Shown here one piece after another: positions 40,062 through 49,370 of a DNA stretch of 64,000 bases (the stretch's first letter is position 1; the number at the start of each line of letters is the position of its first letter). The notes beneath the pieces are model-generated. The model was not told the origin of the DNA. It saw only the letters and a program-made list of their open reading frames with translations, and did not search any database. Source of the DNA: an uncultured Verrucomicrobiae bacterium (GTDB taxonomy: Bacteria > Verrucomicrobiota > Verrucomicrobiia > Chthoniobacterales > UBA10450); the NCBI GenBank assembly GCA_963815455.1, contig CAWFGO010000002.1:576001-640000 (forward strand), written 5' to 3'. A program made the translations under genes and the position numbers.

Positions 40062-41087
40062 ATGTCCGCCATCGAAGCTCGTGATCTAACGAAGATTTAC
40101 CGCACCTATCGCAAGGAGCGCGGCCTGTGGGGCTCGATCAAGGGATTGGGCAGGCGGCGCTACGATCAAACCCGCGCGGCAGACGCGGTGTCGTTCAAGA
40201 TTGAAGAGGGCGAGTTCGTCGGATTTCTCGGGCCGAACGGCGCGGGAAAAACAACCGTGCTCAAAATGCTTTCCGGATTGCTCAACCCGACCTCGGGCGA
40301 GGCGCGCGTGCTCGGCTTCGTTCCCTGGGAGCGCCGAAACGAAATGAAACGACAGTTCAGTCTGCTCATGGGTCAGAAAAATGCGCTCTGGTGGGATTTG
40401 CCCGCTCAGGAATCGCTCGAACTGAATCGCGTCATCTACGGAATCGATCGCGATCGTTTCAAAAAAGTGGTGGGCGGTCTGGCCGAACTTCTCGATGTGC
40501 GGGACAAAATGAATGTGATGGTGCGCGAGCTTTCGTTGGGGGAGCGAATGAAAATGGAATTGATATCGGCTCTCATTCACGAGCCGCGGATCCTTTTCCT
40601 GGACGAGCCGACGATTGGGCTCGACGTCGTGAGCCAAAAACGGGTGCGCGAATTTCTGCGCGTCTATAACGAAGAACGCCGGATCGTGACCCTGCTGACA
40701 AGCCATTACATGCAGGACATCGAAGAGCTTTGTCACCGTGTGCTGGTTATCGATCACGGCAAGATTTTCTTCGATGGACCGTTGGACGAGATCATCGACC
40801 GCTTTTCGCTGCACAAAATTCTTAGTCTCACCTTCGACAAACCGGTCACGCGTGATTTTTCGGGATTTGGAGAGGTGATCGAGCAGACTCCGGTTTCGGT
40901 GCAATTGAAGGTTCCGCGCGCCACGGTTACCGAAACATGCCGGCAACTTCTTGAGGCTTGCGACGTGAGCGACATCAACGTCCAGGAAGTCCCCGTCGAA
41001 GAAGTAATTCGCCAGTTGTTTGGAGAACGACAGGAGACCAATCGCGCCGCTGACCTGGCCGATTCAGCAACCGCCCACGCCGATTAA
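40062..41087 (+). CDS. ABC-2 type transporter ATP-binding protein
   Basis: GPNGAGKTT, LSLGERMK, FLDEPTIGLD and TSHYM. Confidence 0.93.
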   Translation: MSAIEARDLTKIYRTYRKERGLWGSIKGLGRRRYDQTRAADAVSFKIEEGEFVGFLGPNGAGKTTVLKMLSGLLNPTSGEARVLGFVPWERRNEMKRQFSLLMGQKNALWWDLPAQESLELNRVIYGIDRDRFKKVVGGLAELLDVRDKMNVMVRELSLGERMKMELISALIHEPRILFLDEPTIGLDVVSQKRVREFLRVYNEERRIVTLLTSHYMQDIEELCHRVLVIDHGKIFFDGPLDEIIDRFSLHKILSLTFDKPVTRDFSGFGEVIEQTPVSVQLKVPRATVTETCRQLLEACDVSDINVQEVPVEEVIRQLFGERQETNRAADLADSATAHAD

Positions 41088-41350
41088 CGCCGAAGAATGG
41101 CTTCCCGCAATTCGTGCACGTAGGCCGGGTTCACTTCGAACGCCGTGACCGGCACTTCAGCCAGGTCGATTTGCTCCTGGAAGGGAATGCATTGAACAAA
41201 GCCGGCGGCCATCAACGCGTTGAGGGTGTCGGCCATATCCTCGGGCTCGAGTCGTGCTAAATCCTGAACCTCCGTCCCAAGCATCGATTCGCCGAAGCCA
41301 ATCGCCCGCACAATACTCGCCTCACGGCCAGTCAGTTTGATCTGACGCAT
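41084..41350 (-). CDS. Small hypothetical protein (winged-helix-like)
   Basis: 88-aa ORF MRQIKLTGRE..., with a helix pattern and LMAAGFV. Confidence 0.65.
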   Translation of the reverse strand: MRQIKLTGREASIVRAIGFGESMLGTEVQDLARLEPEDMADTLNALMAAGFVQCIPFQEQIDLAEVPVTAFEVNPAYVHELREAILRR

Positions 41351-41426
41351 GCTCAATAAAAAGCAGCTTTTATACCGATATTTCCAACGGCCCGACTGAG
41401 ATTTGGCCGCGCCGGGATCGCGCTCA

Positions 41427-42281
41427 TTACCTGCCGAAGCTGGGGAGAATGCTCTTCTCCATCGCGTCCGCGAACGTCGGATATTTCGGAATCCAGCCGG
41501 TACCGCGCAGTTTGGCGTTGCTCACCCTTTTGTTGGTTACACCGCGTTTTTTGCCCGCTGATGTCGATCTTCCGATCGGCGGGACCGGTCTCCCCAGTTT
41601 CCTGGCCAGCCAGCGGTAACATTCGCTTTGCGAGATCGGTTGATCGTCAACCAGGTTGTAAATTTGTCGCCCAGGCGTTTGTCGATCCAGCAACAGGAAC
41701 AACGCAGCGGCGATGTCGTCTCGGTGAACCTGATTAACGAAGTGGTCGTTGTCCGGATCGATCGTCGCTTTGTTTTCCAAGAACTTACTGAGCAACGCAG
41801 ATCGCCCGGGCCCATAAATGCCTGCCAGCCGCGCCACAATTCCGCCACGACCAAGCACGAGCGCCTCTGTTTCGAGCAGTATCCGGCTCGTTTCGCTGTC
41901 CGGTTTGGTTTCGCTCTCCTCGGTCACCCACGACCCGACGTTTTGCCCGTAAACGCTGGTGCTGCTGGTAAAAAGAACGGTCGATCCGATGAAGCGATCG
42001 AGAAGCTGGCGCGCACCCTCCAGATAAACGCGCCGATAAAGATCGACATCGCCACCGCGCGTGCTGGCGCAATGAATTACGGCGTCGAAATTTCCGGGGC
42101 GCGCGCCGACCTGGCGCGAGCTTGTGATATCAACCGCGATCACCGGATAAGGTTTTTCCGAAAGCGCGGTCGCGGTTTTCTCGGAGCTTGTCCAGCCTTG
42201 CACTTCCCAGCCGGATTGATGGAACAAATCCGCCGCAGCCGTACCGACGTAGCCGCACCCAGCAATCAAAACGCGAGACAT
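41427..42281 (-). CDS. NAD-dependent epimerase/dehydratase (atypical SDR)
   Basis: IAGCGYVG, TSSTSVYG, RLAGIYGPGR and KRVSNAKL. Confidence 0.9.
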   Translation of the reverse strand: MSRVLIAGCGYVGTAAADLFHQSGWEVQGWTSSEKTATALSEKPYPVIAVDITSSRQVGARPGNFDAVIHCASTRGGDVDLYRRVYLEGARQLLDRFIGSTVLFTSSTSVYGQNVGSWVTEESETKPDSETSRILLETEALVLGRGGIVARLAGIYGPGRSALLSKFLENKATIDPDNDHFVNQVHRDDIAAALFLLLDRQTPGRQIYNLVDDQPISQSECYRWLARKLGRPVPPIGRSTSAGKKRGVTNKRVSNAKLRGTGWIPKYPTFADAMEKSILPSFGR

Positions 42282-42290
42282 TGTCGATCC

Positions 42291-43016
42291 TTACGCGGCG
42301 GCAGACGCGATCTCGATTTCTTCGAAAACATTCTTCTGGATCGCCCGAACTTGTTTCAAACGAATTAATTCCAGCAGGGCCAGGAAAGTGACCACCACTT
42401 CAACGCGCGAAACCGCCGAGCCAAACAAATCCGAAAAACGCACCGACCCGCCGTCCGACACCCGCTGAAGGATGATCTCGATCTTGTCCGAGACGGAGAA
42501 ATGCTCGCCGAAGATTTCCCGCACATCTTCGCGGGCCTCAACTCGTTTGATCACGATTTGAAAGGCGCTGATCAATTGAAAGATCCCAACTTCTCCGAGG
42601 CGGAGCGGCCCGTCGGCAATCGGTGGTCCGCTTGGTTCCCGGGAAAAGATGCGCTCCTGTTCGAGTTCGCGCACGTGCAGTTGCCCGGCTGCTTCCTTGA
42701 ATTTCTTGTATTCGATCAACTGACGAATCAAATCCCAGCGCGGATCGTCGTCCTCGGCCTCTTCATCGGGCGGTTGTTGATCGGCCGGGAGCAGGCTCCG
42801 GCTTTTCATGTAGATGAGATTTGCCGCCATCACGATGAACTCGCCGGCAATGTCGATGTTCAGTTCCTTGAACGCCTGGAGATATTCGAGGTATTGGCGG
42901 GTGATTCGTTCAATCGAGATCTCGTAGATGTCGATCTCATCGCGTTTGACGAGGTAGAGAAGCAAATCAAGCGGCCCTTCGAAGATTTCGAGCTTAACCT
43001 TGTAATCGGTTTCCAT
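42291..43016 (-). CDS. scpA: Segregation and condensation protein A
   Basis: FEGPLDLLLYL, MAANLIYMKSRSLLP and VTFLALLEL. Confidence 0.95.
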   Translation of the reverse strand: METDYKVKLEIFEGPLDLLLYLVKRDEIDIYEISIERITRQYLEYLQAFKELNIDIAGEFIVMAANLIYMKSRSLLPADQQPPDEEAEDDDPRWDLIRQLIEYKKFKEAAGQLHVRELEQERIFSREPSGPPIADGPLRLGEVGIFQLISAFQIVIKRVEAREDVREIFGEHFSVSDKIEIILQRVSDGGSVRFSDLFGSAVSRVEVVVTFLALLELIRLKQVRAIQKNVFEEIEIASAAA

Positions 43017-43092
43017 ACGTCGCAGTTGGCGATTCTAAGTGCACCTGGATAATTGTCGATGTTATCGCTCGTTTTGATGTTACGAGGCAACC

Positions 43093-43920
43093 GCCCCCAA
43101 TGGGGCGACGAACGTTAGCCGGTGGTGCAAACCACCGGCCACGAAGTATAAGGCATCCCAAGCCCCGGCAGGGGCGCTGGACCCACACACATATGCCATC
43201 AACACATTTGAGTTTGCATTACCACATTGTCTTCGGAACCAAGAATCACGAACCAGTGATCCAGCCCAACTGGTGTCCCAAATTGCATGCTTATCTCGGT
43301 GGAATCATTCGCGCCGCAGACGGAGTCGCCGAATGCGTCGGCGGTGTGTCTGATCATGTTCACCTGCTTGTTGGACTTCGGGCGACACACCGGTTGGCCG
43401 ACGTGCTTCGCGAACTAAAGGCCGTTTCGTCCGGCTGGGTGCACGATGAGATCGGTGCCCGTGAGTTTGCGTGGCAGGAAGGCTATGGCGCGTTCACCGT
43501 GAGCGCCTCTCAACGCGGAACAGTTCGTCGTTATATCGAGCAACAGGAGGAACACCATCGCACCCGCACGTTTCGTGAGGAGTATTTGGAGTTGCTGCGC
43601 CGCAGCGATGTGGAATTTGATGAACGGTATGTCTGATCCGACGCCCCGCTGGGGCTGGTGATCTTATGGATTCTGCAACCGGTGGTTTGCACCACCGGCT
43701 AATATCCAGACGACCCTTCGGGTCTGAATGAGTTCAGATCATTCATGATGGGATCAATTAATTCACTAGCCCCAACCGGGCGTCGCACATTAGCCGGCGG
43801 TGCTAGCCACCGGCCGCGGGATCAATCAGATCCCTAGCCCCAACTGGGCGACGGACGTTAGCCGGTGGTGCAAACCACCGGTGCGCGGAGCGCCAAAGCA
43901 TCAGCCCCGGCAGGGACGAC
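43093..43920. mobile_element. Y1 transposase locus with flanking REP-like repeat array (REPtron-like)
   Basis: Four copies of TTAGCCGGTGGTGC..ACCACCGG (3 direct, 1 inverted), each paired with GCCCC-N3/4-GGG(G)C hairpins, around the tnpA. Confidence 0.8.
43193..43636 (+). CDS. tnpA: IS200/IS605-superfamily HUH (Y1) transposase
   Basis: HIVFGTK, DHVHLL (HUH), FAWQEGYGAFTVS and YIEQQEEHH. No tnpB follows. Confidence 0.92.
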   Translation: MPSTHLSLHYHIVFGTKNHEPVIQPNWCPKLHAYLGGIIRAADGVAECVGGVSDHVHLLVGLRATHRLADVLRELKAVSSGWVHDEIGAREFAWQEGYGAFTVSASQRGTVRRYIEQQEEHHRTRTFREEYLELLRRSDVEFDERYV

Positions 43921-43937
43921 GGATCGCGAGGCGGAAC

Positions 43938-45050
43938 TCAGTCCGGGTATTTTCGATGAACCCAGACGCTGTTCACGATTCCCAGGCCGAACATGATCAT
44001 GAGAACAAACGAGCCGCTATAACTGATGAGCGGCAACGGCACGCCCGTGATCGGTAACATCGAGATGGTCATGCCCACGTTTTGAAAAACGTGGGTGAAA
44101 ATCAACGCAGTGATCCCGATGACGAGAAGCAAACCGAACTGGTCCTCGATAAAAAATGCGACGAACAGACACGTCATGAGAAGCAGGGCGAATGCGCCGA
44201 TGAGAAACATGCCGCCGACGAATCCCCATTGCTCGCCGATGGCGGAGAAAATGTAATCGTTATGCACGGCTGTAGCCGGAAGAAAGCCGAGCTCGATCTG
44301 GGTGTTGGGCGCTTTGAACCCTTTGCCGGCCCAGCCGCCCGATCCGATGGCAATGAGCGACTGATTGATTGCCCAGGCCGACCCTTGTTTGTCAATCGAC
44401 GGGTCGAGGAACGCGGTAATCCGCTGCTGCTGGTACGGTTTCAATCCCAGATGAATTGCGATAGGGATAAAGGCAACCCCGATGAGAATGATGCAGACCA
44501 GGTAGCGCAACGGCAGACCGGCGACGAACAACAACGCGAAAAGCACCGGCACCCAAATGATGACTTCGCCCAGATCGGGCTGCATCAGGATTAACAAACA
44601 CGGCGCGCCGGCGATGGCGCCACAAAGCAGCAGCCGCAGCATCGGATGCATATCGCGGAACTGGCTCAGGAACAGGGCCAGCACCATGATGCCGGCAATG
44701 ACCGCGAGCTGGGCCGGTTGAAAATTGAGCGGCCCCAGATGCAGCCAACTGCGTGCGCCGTAGACTTTCGTGCCCATGAACTTGGTCAGAATCAAAAAGA
44801 AAATGCCGGCCAGATACATCGGCAGCGCGCCCCACCGGATCCAGCGATAGTCGATCAGGCTCGTGATCATGAAAGCGAAGAATCCGACCGCGACCCAGTT
44901 GGCTTGCTTGTGCCAAAAATCCGCCGCCGCCATGTCCTGTCGCATATAAGTGGCGCTGTAAATGGCGATCACGCCGAAGATGGCCAGCGCCATCATAATA
45001 AGAAACAGCACCCAATTGAGCCCAAGCAGCTTCCGGAGGAACGGCGTCAT
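43938..45050 (-). CDS. rodA: SEDS family peptidoglycan glycosyltransferase RodA
   Basis: GARSW, QPDLG, QSLIAIGSGG..GKG, HNDYIFSAIGEQWG and PITGVPLPLISYSGS. Confidence 0.92.
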   Translation of the reverse strand: MTPFLRKLLGLNWVLFLIMMALAIFGVIAIYSATYMRQDMAAADFWHKQANWVAVGFFAFMITSLIDYRWIRWGALPMYLAGIFFLILTKFMGTKVYGARSWLHLGPLNFQPAQLAVIAGIMVLALFLSQFRDMHPMLRLLLCGAIAGAPCLLILMQPDLGEVIIWVPVLFALLFVAGLPLRYLVCIILIGVAFIPIAIHLGLKPYQQQRITAFLDPSIDKQGSAWAINQSLIAIGSGGWAGKGFKAPNTQIELGFLPATAVHNDYIFSAIGEQWGFVGGMFLIGAFALLLMTCLFVAFFIEDQFGLLLVIGITALIFTHVFQNVGMTISMLPITGVPLPLISYSGSFVLMIMFGLGIVNSVWVHRKYPD

Positions 45051-45212
45051 GTCGATCTAATTTCGAAGTGCGAAGATTATACGCGCATTACGTTCCCTGT
45101 CACGTCGAGCCCTCGGGAGCGCCGCCCAAACATCGCCGCGCACCGATCAGCGCTATTCTCAATCCATAATGGAACTAGGCTGAGAAATTCTGTATAATCC
45201 TAGTTAGATCTC

Positions 45213-45547
45213 ATGAATGCTCGGCAAGTATTCTCTGCGGTTGCATCGATTGCGCTTGCCTCGTGCGCTGATCTAGCGCCGGGCAAGTTCTATGTTGATG
45301 GGAAATAGAAGGCGTCTCAGCGAGTGACATTCAAGCCGCGATCGCTGCTGCAAGACGGGGTTTCCTGGGAGCGCACCCTTCGGGACCAGCTTACCGCGTC
45401 CACGTTGTTGGCGCGTACGAAATCGAGGTTCACTTCGGAGAGCATTACGGGCGGGCAGGTCCAGCCGGAGAGGTTTATTATTCGGTAACGCGAGTTCGCG
45501 GGAAATGGCAGGTATCCCGTCTTGAAAGTAGATATGTGGTCTTGTAG
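45213..45547 (+). CDS. Integron cassette 1 gene: putative lipoprotein, about 110 aa, one frameshift near 45300
   Basis: MNARQVFSAVASIALASC (lipobox LASC). A shift at the G-run near 45300 opens EIEGVSASDIQAAIAAARR...VTRVRGKWQVSRLESRYVVL*, which ends just before attC1. Confidence 0.65.
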
Positions 45548-45565
45548 TTGGACCGTTGGCTTCCG

Positions 45566-45688
45566 ATCTAACCAATCGCTCGAGCGAACCGGCACCCGTC
45601 GCGCGTCCACATTTCAGATGACTAAAATAGTTCCAGCCCAAGCGGCGCTCGCTCTCGGTGCCGGTCGCTCAGCTCCATCTCGTTAGAC
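45566..45688 (+). other. Integron attC site 1
   Basis: R'' ATCTAAC and R' GTTAGAC. Arms CTCGAGCGAACCGGCACC / GGTGCCGGTCGCTCAG pair with two unpaired bases. Confidence 0.9.
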
Positions 45689-45690
45689 AT

Positions 45691-46116
45691 ATGCGCACGG
45701 CGATAGCGATGATGTTGTTGGGAGTCACATCCGCATTCGCCAATTCAGGGCCAGACGCAGAACCGATTGATCTCACGAACACGCCTCAGCGAGCGTACCG
45801 CAAGCATGTCGGCAGCTTTGTGACCATTCGGGGGCGCTTCACTCTAAACGGGGTCTTCGGCGCCATGCTTACCGCTAAGCACGGATTTGTCTATATCGTT
45901 AGCCCCTCAATGAAATCATTTGAGTGGGACCGAGACAGTTACGGCCTCCTCGAAAATAAGCGCGTGGCCGTTACCGGCATTTTGCACTTTCAGCCGTCGC
46001 CGCCACATACTGGCGATGACTCGGTAGCTCGGACTCCCGATTATTATTATTTCGAGCTTGCCCATTGTCGGATCGAGCAATTGTTTGGACAAAGCGCGAG
46101 TGAGCATTCCCGATGA
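45691..46116 (+). CDS. Integron cassette 2 gene: secreted hypothetical protein, 141 aa
   Basis: ATG 2 nt after GTTAGAC, signal peptide MRTAIAMMLLGVTSAFA, stop 1 nt before attC2. Confidence 0.8.
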   Translation: MRTAIAMMLLGVTSAFANSGPDAEPIDLTNTPQRAYRKHVGSFVTIRGRFTLNGVFGAMLTAKHGFVYIVSPSMKSFEWDRDSYGLLENKRVAVTGILHFQPSPPHTGDDSVARTPDYYYFELAHCRIEQLFGQSASEHSR

Positions 46117-46117
46117 C

Positions 46118-46248
46118 GTCTAACCAATCGCTTGGGCGAACCGGTCACCCGTCGCGTGTCCACATTTTTCCATAACCAATACCTTTTCACTTCAAGAGTC
46201 GCTCGCTCTCGGTGGCGGTAGCTCATCTCGATCTCGATCTCGTTAGAC
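46118..46248 (+). other. Integron attC site 2
   Basis: R'' GTCTAAC and R' GTTAGAC. Closely similar to attC1 (TCTAACCAATCGCT..GCGAACCGG..CACCCGTCGCG.GTCCACATTT...CGCTCGCTCTCGGTG). Confidence 0.88.
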
Positions 46249-46262
46249 TTTTCAAGAAGAGC

Positions 46263-46970
46263 TTACCTTCGCGCGCCACGTGGATGACTGGCAATGATGC
46301 GGCCGTCTTTCATTTCGTGAATCCAGTCGCAGGCTTCGGCGATGGCGGGGTTATGCGTGGCCAGAAGCAGGGCTTTCTCGCCTTGCTGGACAATTTTTTG
46401 CAGCAGCTCAAACGCCCGCTCGGAATTTGCGGTGTCGAGGTTACCGGTCGGTTCGTCGGCCAGTATCACGCGCGGATCGTTGGCCAGGGCGCGGGCAATG
46501 GCGACCCGTTGTTGCTCGCCGCCGGAGAGATGGCGGCTCGGTCTTCGCAGTTTTTCGCCCAGGCCAACCGCGTCCAATAAGATTGCGGCGCGCTCGCGCA
46601 TTTTTTCCTCGGGTAGACGCGCCAGTTTGCGCATCGGGATCATGACATTTTCCTGGGCGGTAAAATCCTCCATCAGGAAATGGAATTGAAAGATGAAGCC
46701 GATGAACTCGTTTCGCTTGTGGGCCAGCTCGTCGTCGCTCAGGTGCGACATCGGCGTAGAAGCGATTGAGACCTGGCCGGCATCGGGCTGGTCGAGCAAA
46801 CCGAGAATGTAAAGCAACGTGCTCTTGCCGCAGCCGGACGGCCCGACCACGGCGTGAACGCTGCCCGGTTTGAGATCGAGCGAGACACCTCGGAGCGCAT
46901 GGACCCGCTCTTCTTCTTCGCCGAGAAAGCGTTCGAGATCGCGGCAACTGAGACAGGTTTCGCCGTTCAT
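46263..46970 (-). CDS. ABC transporter ATP-binding protein (LolD/MacB-type)
   Basis: [24 protein letters not shown] and ADEPTGNLD. Confidence 0.93.
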   Translation of the reverse strand: MNGETCLSCRDLERFLGEEEERVHALRGVSLDLKPGSVHAVVGPSGCGKSTLLYILGLLDQPDAGQVSIASTPMSHLSDDELAHKRNEFIGFIFQFHFLMEDFTAQENVMIPMRKLARLPEEKMRERAAILLDAVGLGEKLRRPSRHLSGGEQQRVAIARALANDPRVILADEPTGNLDTANSERAFELLQKIVQQGEKALLLATHNPAIAEACDWIHEMKDGRIIASHPRGARR

Positions 46971-48205
46971 ACACTCGATCCGCGTAATGTGGCGACCGGC
47001 GGCAGTTCGGCGGCGCGCCGGGCCGGGACATAACTCGCGATGAACACGGCGAGGATCGCGAGCAGCGTTCCCCAAAAATAATGCCGCCAATCCCACACGA
47101 CCAGAAAGTGATCGGCGTAAAGCAATCCGCGGATCCGGATCGGGATGTGCGAAATTCCCACCGTCATCAGCGCGCCGAGCAAACAGCCGAGGAACGATCC
47201 CGCGGCGGCGATCAGCGCGCCCTGCCAGAGAAAAATGGAGGAGATGTCGATCCTCCGGTAGCCCATCGAACGCAAGATCGCGATCTCCTTTACCTTGGCC
47301 AGGACCGACATGGTCAGAACGTTGAAAATTCCGAACCCGGCCAGCAAAATAATCAGCGAGACCGTCACTGCGGCCGAAACGCGCAAAGTGAGAAAAAGCT
47401 GGAGCGTCGATTCTTCCCGCTCCTGCCAGCTGGCCGCGTCGTGCTGAAATAATTGCTCGAAGTGCGCGGCCAGCGCAGGCGCGCGGTCCGGATCGCGCAG
47501 TTTATAAATGATGCTTGATGCACTAAACGGCCTTCGCAGTAGCATTTGGGCGACACGCGCGTGGGCGTAGACGCGAGTGGAATCGATGGCGCCGACCCCG
47601 GCGCGGGCGATGGCCGCCACGGTGAAACGCCAGTACTCGCCGCCGGGCGAAAGCAATTGCACGGTATCGCCAATCCCAGCGCCAAGATTTTCGGCCAGGC
47701 GCGAACCGAGAATCACAGCACTGGTGTTGTTGCGAAAATCGTCAAAGCTGCCGTCAACCAATTGGTGCAGTAGATCGGTCGTTCGCGCGTGGAGAGCCGG
47801 TTCGATCCCGTAAAGATCGATCGTGACGTCTTCAAACCCAGCGCGCGCGCTTACTGTCCCGCGCAACACCGGCGAACACGAAACGACGTTCGAGAATTGC
47901 CGGCTCACACGCATGATTTCACTCGGGTTCGTGATTCCGTCGAAATAGAGCCGGCTATTCGACTTGGGGTTCGAACCTCGCGCTTGCACCATCAGGTCCT
48001 CATAACGCGGACGAAAACGCGACCGAACCACCAGCGCCCCGTTGCTCCCGATCGTGGAGTCGATGAAATATTGGGCAAAGCCTTGCGTCTGCGCTTGCGT
48101 GCCAATGAAAATTCCGACGCCGAAAACGACGCCGCTGAGGCTGAGAAGCAGGGCGCGCTTGCGATGAGTTAAAAACCGCAGCGCAATATATAGCGGCGGC
48201 GTCAC
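46967..48205 (-). CDS. ABC transporter permease (LolC/E-MacB/FtsX-like)
   Basis: 1+3 TM topology, KEIAILRSMG and YVPARRAA. Confidence 0.9.
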   Translation of the reverse strand: MTPPLYIALRFLTHRKRALLLSLSGVVFGVGIFIGTQAQTQGFAQYFIDSTIGSNGALVVRSRFRPRYEDLMVQARGSNPKSNSRLYFDGITNPSEIMRVSRQFSNVVSCSPVLRGTVSARAGFEDVTIDLYGIEPALHARTTDLLHQLVDGSFDDFRNNTSAVILGSRLAENLGAGIGDTVQLLSPGGEYWRFTVAAIARAGVGAIDSTRVYAHARVAQMLLRRPFSASSIIYKLRDPDRAPALAAHFEQLFQHDAASWQEREESTLQLFLTLRVSAAVTVSLIILLAGFGIFNVLTMSVLAKVKEIAILRSMGYRRIDISSIFLWQGALIAAAGSFLGCLLGALMTVGISHIPIRIRGLLYADHFLVVWDWRHYFWGTLLAILAVFIASYVPARRAAELPPVATLRGSSV

Positions 48206-49359
48206 GGCTTCGTCCTGACCCGTGGCATGTCGATCTTGCGCTGCCGGACCGGTTGTCCGGGCCGGAATTTGTCCTGGTCGGACACGATCACCCGATCGCC
48301 TTCGGAAAGTCCGCCCATCGCTTCAGCATAATCCAAAGTCCGATAACCGACCTTGACGGTGCGACGCCGGACGATGTTTCGCCGTACCACCAGAGCTTGA
48401 TCGACCAGCAAGGCGCGCGTCGGCACAAGCAACACATTTTCGTGCGTGCCGGTGATGATGTTCATTTCGCCCGTCATTCCGGCCATCAAATTGTCGGGCG
48501 GATCGTCCATATCGAGCACAACCGTGTAACGCTGCGTCGTCGGGTCGGCCGCAGGCTGAATCGAAGTGACATGCGCGGCAAATGTCCTGGTTTGGTAGGC
48601 GTACAGCTGAACTTTGGCCGGCATTCCCGCTTTCACTTCGCCCACGTCCTCTTCATTCACTTCGCCTCGGACGTAATTCTTGCGCGAGGAAACGGTAAAA
48701 AGCTCGTTGCCCTCCGAGACCACTTCGCCGTCGATGGTCTGAACATTGGTGAGAAGCCCGTCCATCGGCGCCCGAATTTCGGAGTTCTTCATCTGCGCCT
48801 CGGCCTTTTTGCGGGTTTCATCGAGCGCTTCGAGATTTCGATCGCGCTCGATCCGCTCCGTCTCGACCAGGCCGCGCAAACGGTTAACCTCGCTCTTCGC
48901 CTTTTCGTATTCCACCGCCGGCACACTGCCGGTGCCCACGACTTTTTCGAATCGGCGCAAGTTGTCCTCGGCGGCCTTGAGCAATTCCGCAGATGGCAAC
49001 GGCAGCTTGGCCCGTTCGCGCGCGGCTTCCAAATCCGCCGCGGCTTGTTTCAGCTGCCGCGCCGTGGTCTCATCGGCAATGGTCGCGAGCAACTGGCCTT
49101 TCTCGACCCGCTTGCCGATCGCGCCGCGTCCGGCGGCGAATGCTTCGGCCAGTTGAATGAACCCGGAATTTTGCGCGCGCACATGCACCACGAACGCCGG
49201 CTCGATCCGGACCGTGCCGTAAACCGCGGAGATGGCCGTGCCGCGGCGCACCGTGGCCACCTCCGCCACTGGCATCATAAAATAATACGCCAGAGCGAAA
49301 AGGAGCACGAGCGCGGCTCCACCGCCCCACAAAACCGCCTTTGATTCCGGCAATTTCAA
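48202..49359 (-). CDS. Efflux periplasmic adaptor (membrane fusion protein)
   Basis: VEKGQLLA, coiled coil, IRAPMDG, GMTGE and GLSEGDRVI. Confidence 0.9.
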   Translation of the reverse strand: MKLPESKAVLWGGGAALVLLFALAYYFMMPVAEVATVRRGTAISAVYGTVRIEPAFVVHVRAQNSGFIQLAEAFAAGRGAIGKRVEKGQLLATIADETTARQLKQAAADLEAARERAKLPLPSAELLKAAEDNLRRFEKVVGTGSVPAVEYEKAKSEVNRLRGLVETERIERDRNLEALDETRKKAEAQMKNSEIRAPMDGLLTNVQTIDGEVVSEGNELFTVSSRKNYVRGEVNEEDVGEVKAGMPAKVQLYAYQTRTFAAHVTSIQPAADPTTQRYTVVLDMDDPPDNLMAGMTGEMNIITGTHENVLLVPTRALLVDQALVVRRNIVRRRTVKVGYRTLDYAEAMGGLSEGDRVIVSDQDKFRPGQPVRQRKIDMPRVRTKP

Positions 49360-49370
49360 ACTGCTGGGAA

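Noticed and set aside
43750..43885. Possible CRISPR array (repeated palindromic units with variable spacing)
   Set aside because: Only two tandem copies plus dispersed and inverted ones, the inter-repeat sequences are themselves similar, and there are no cas genes. REP units around tnpA explain it better.
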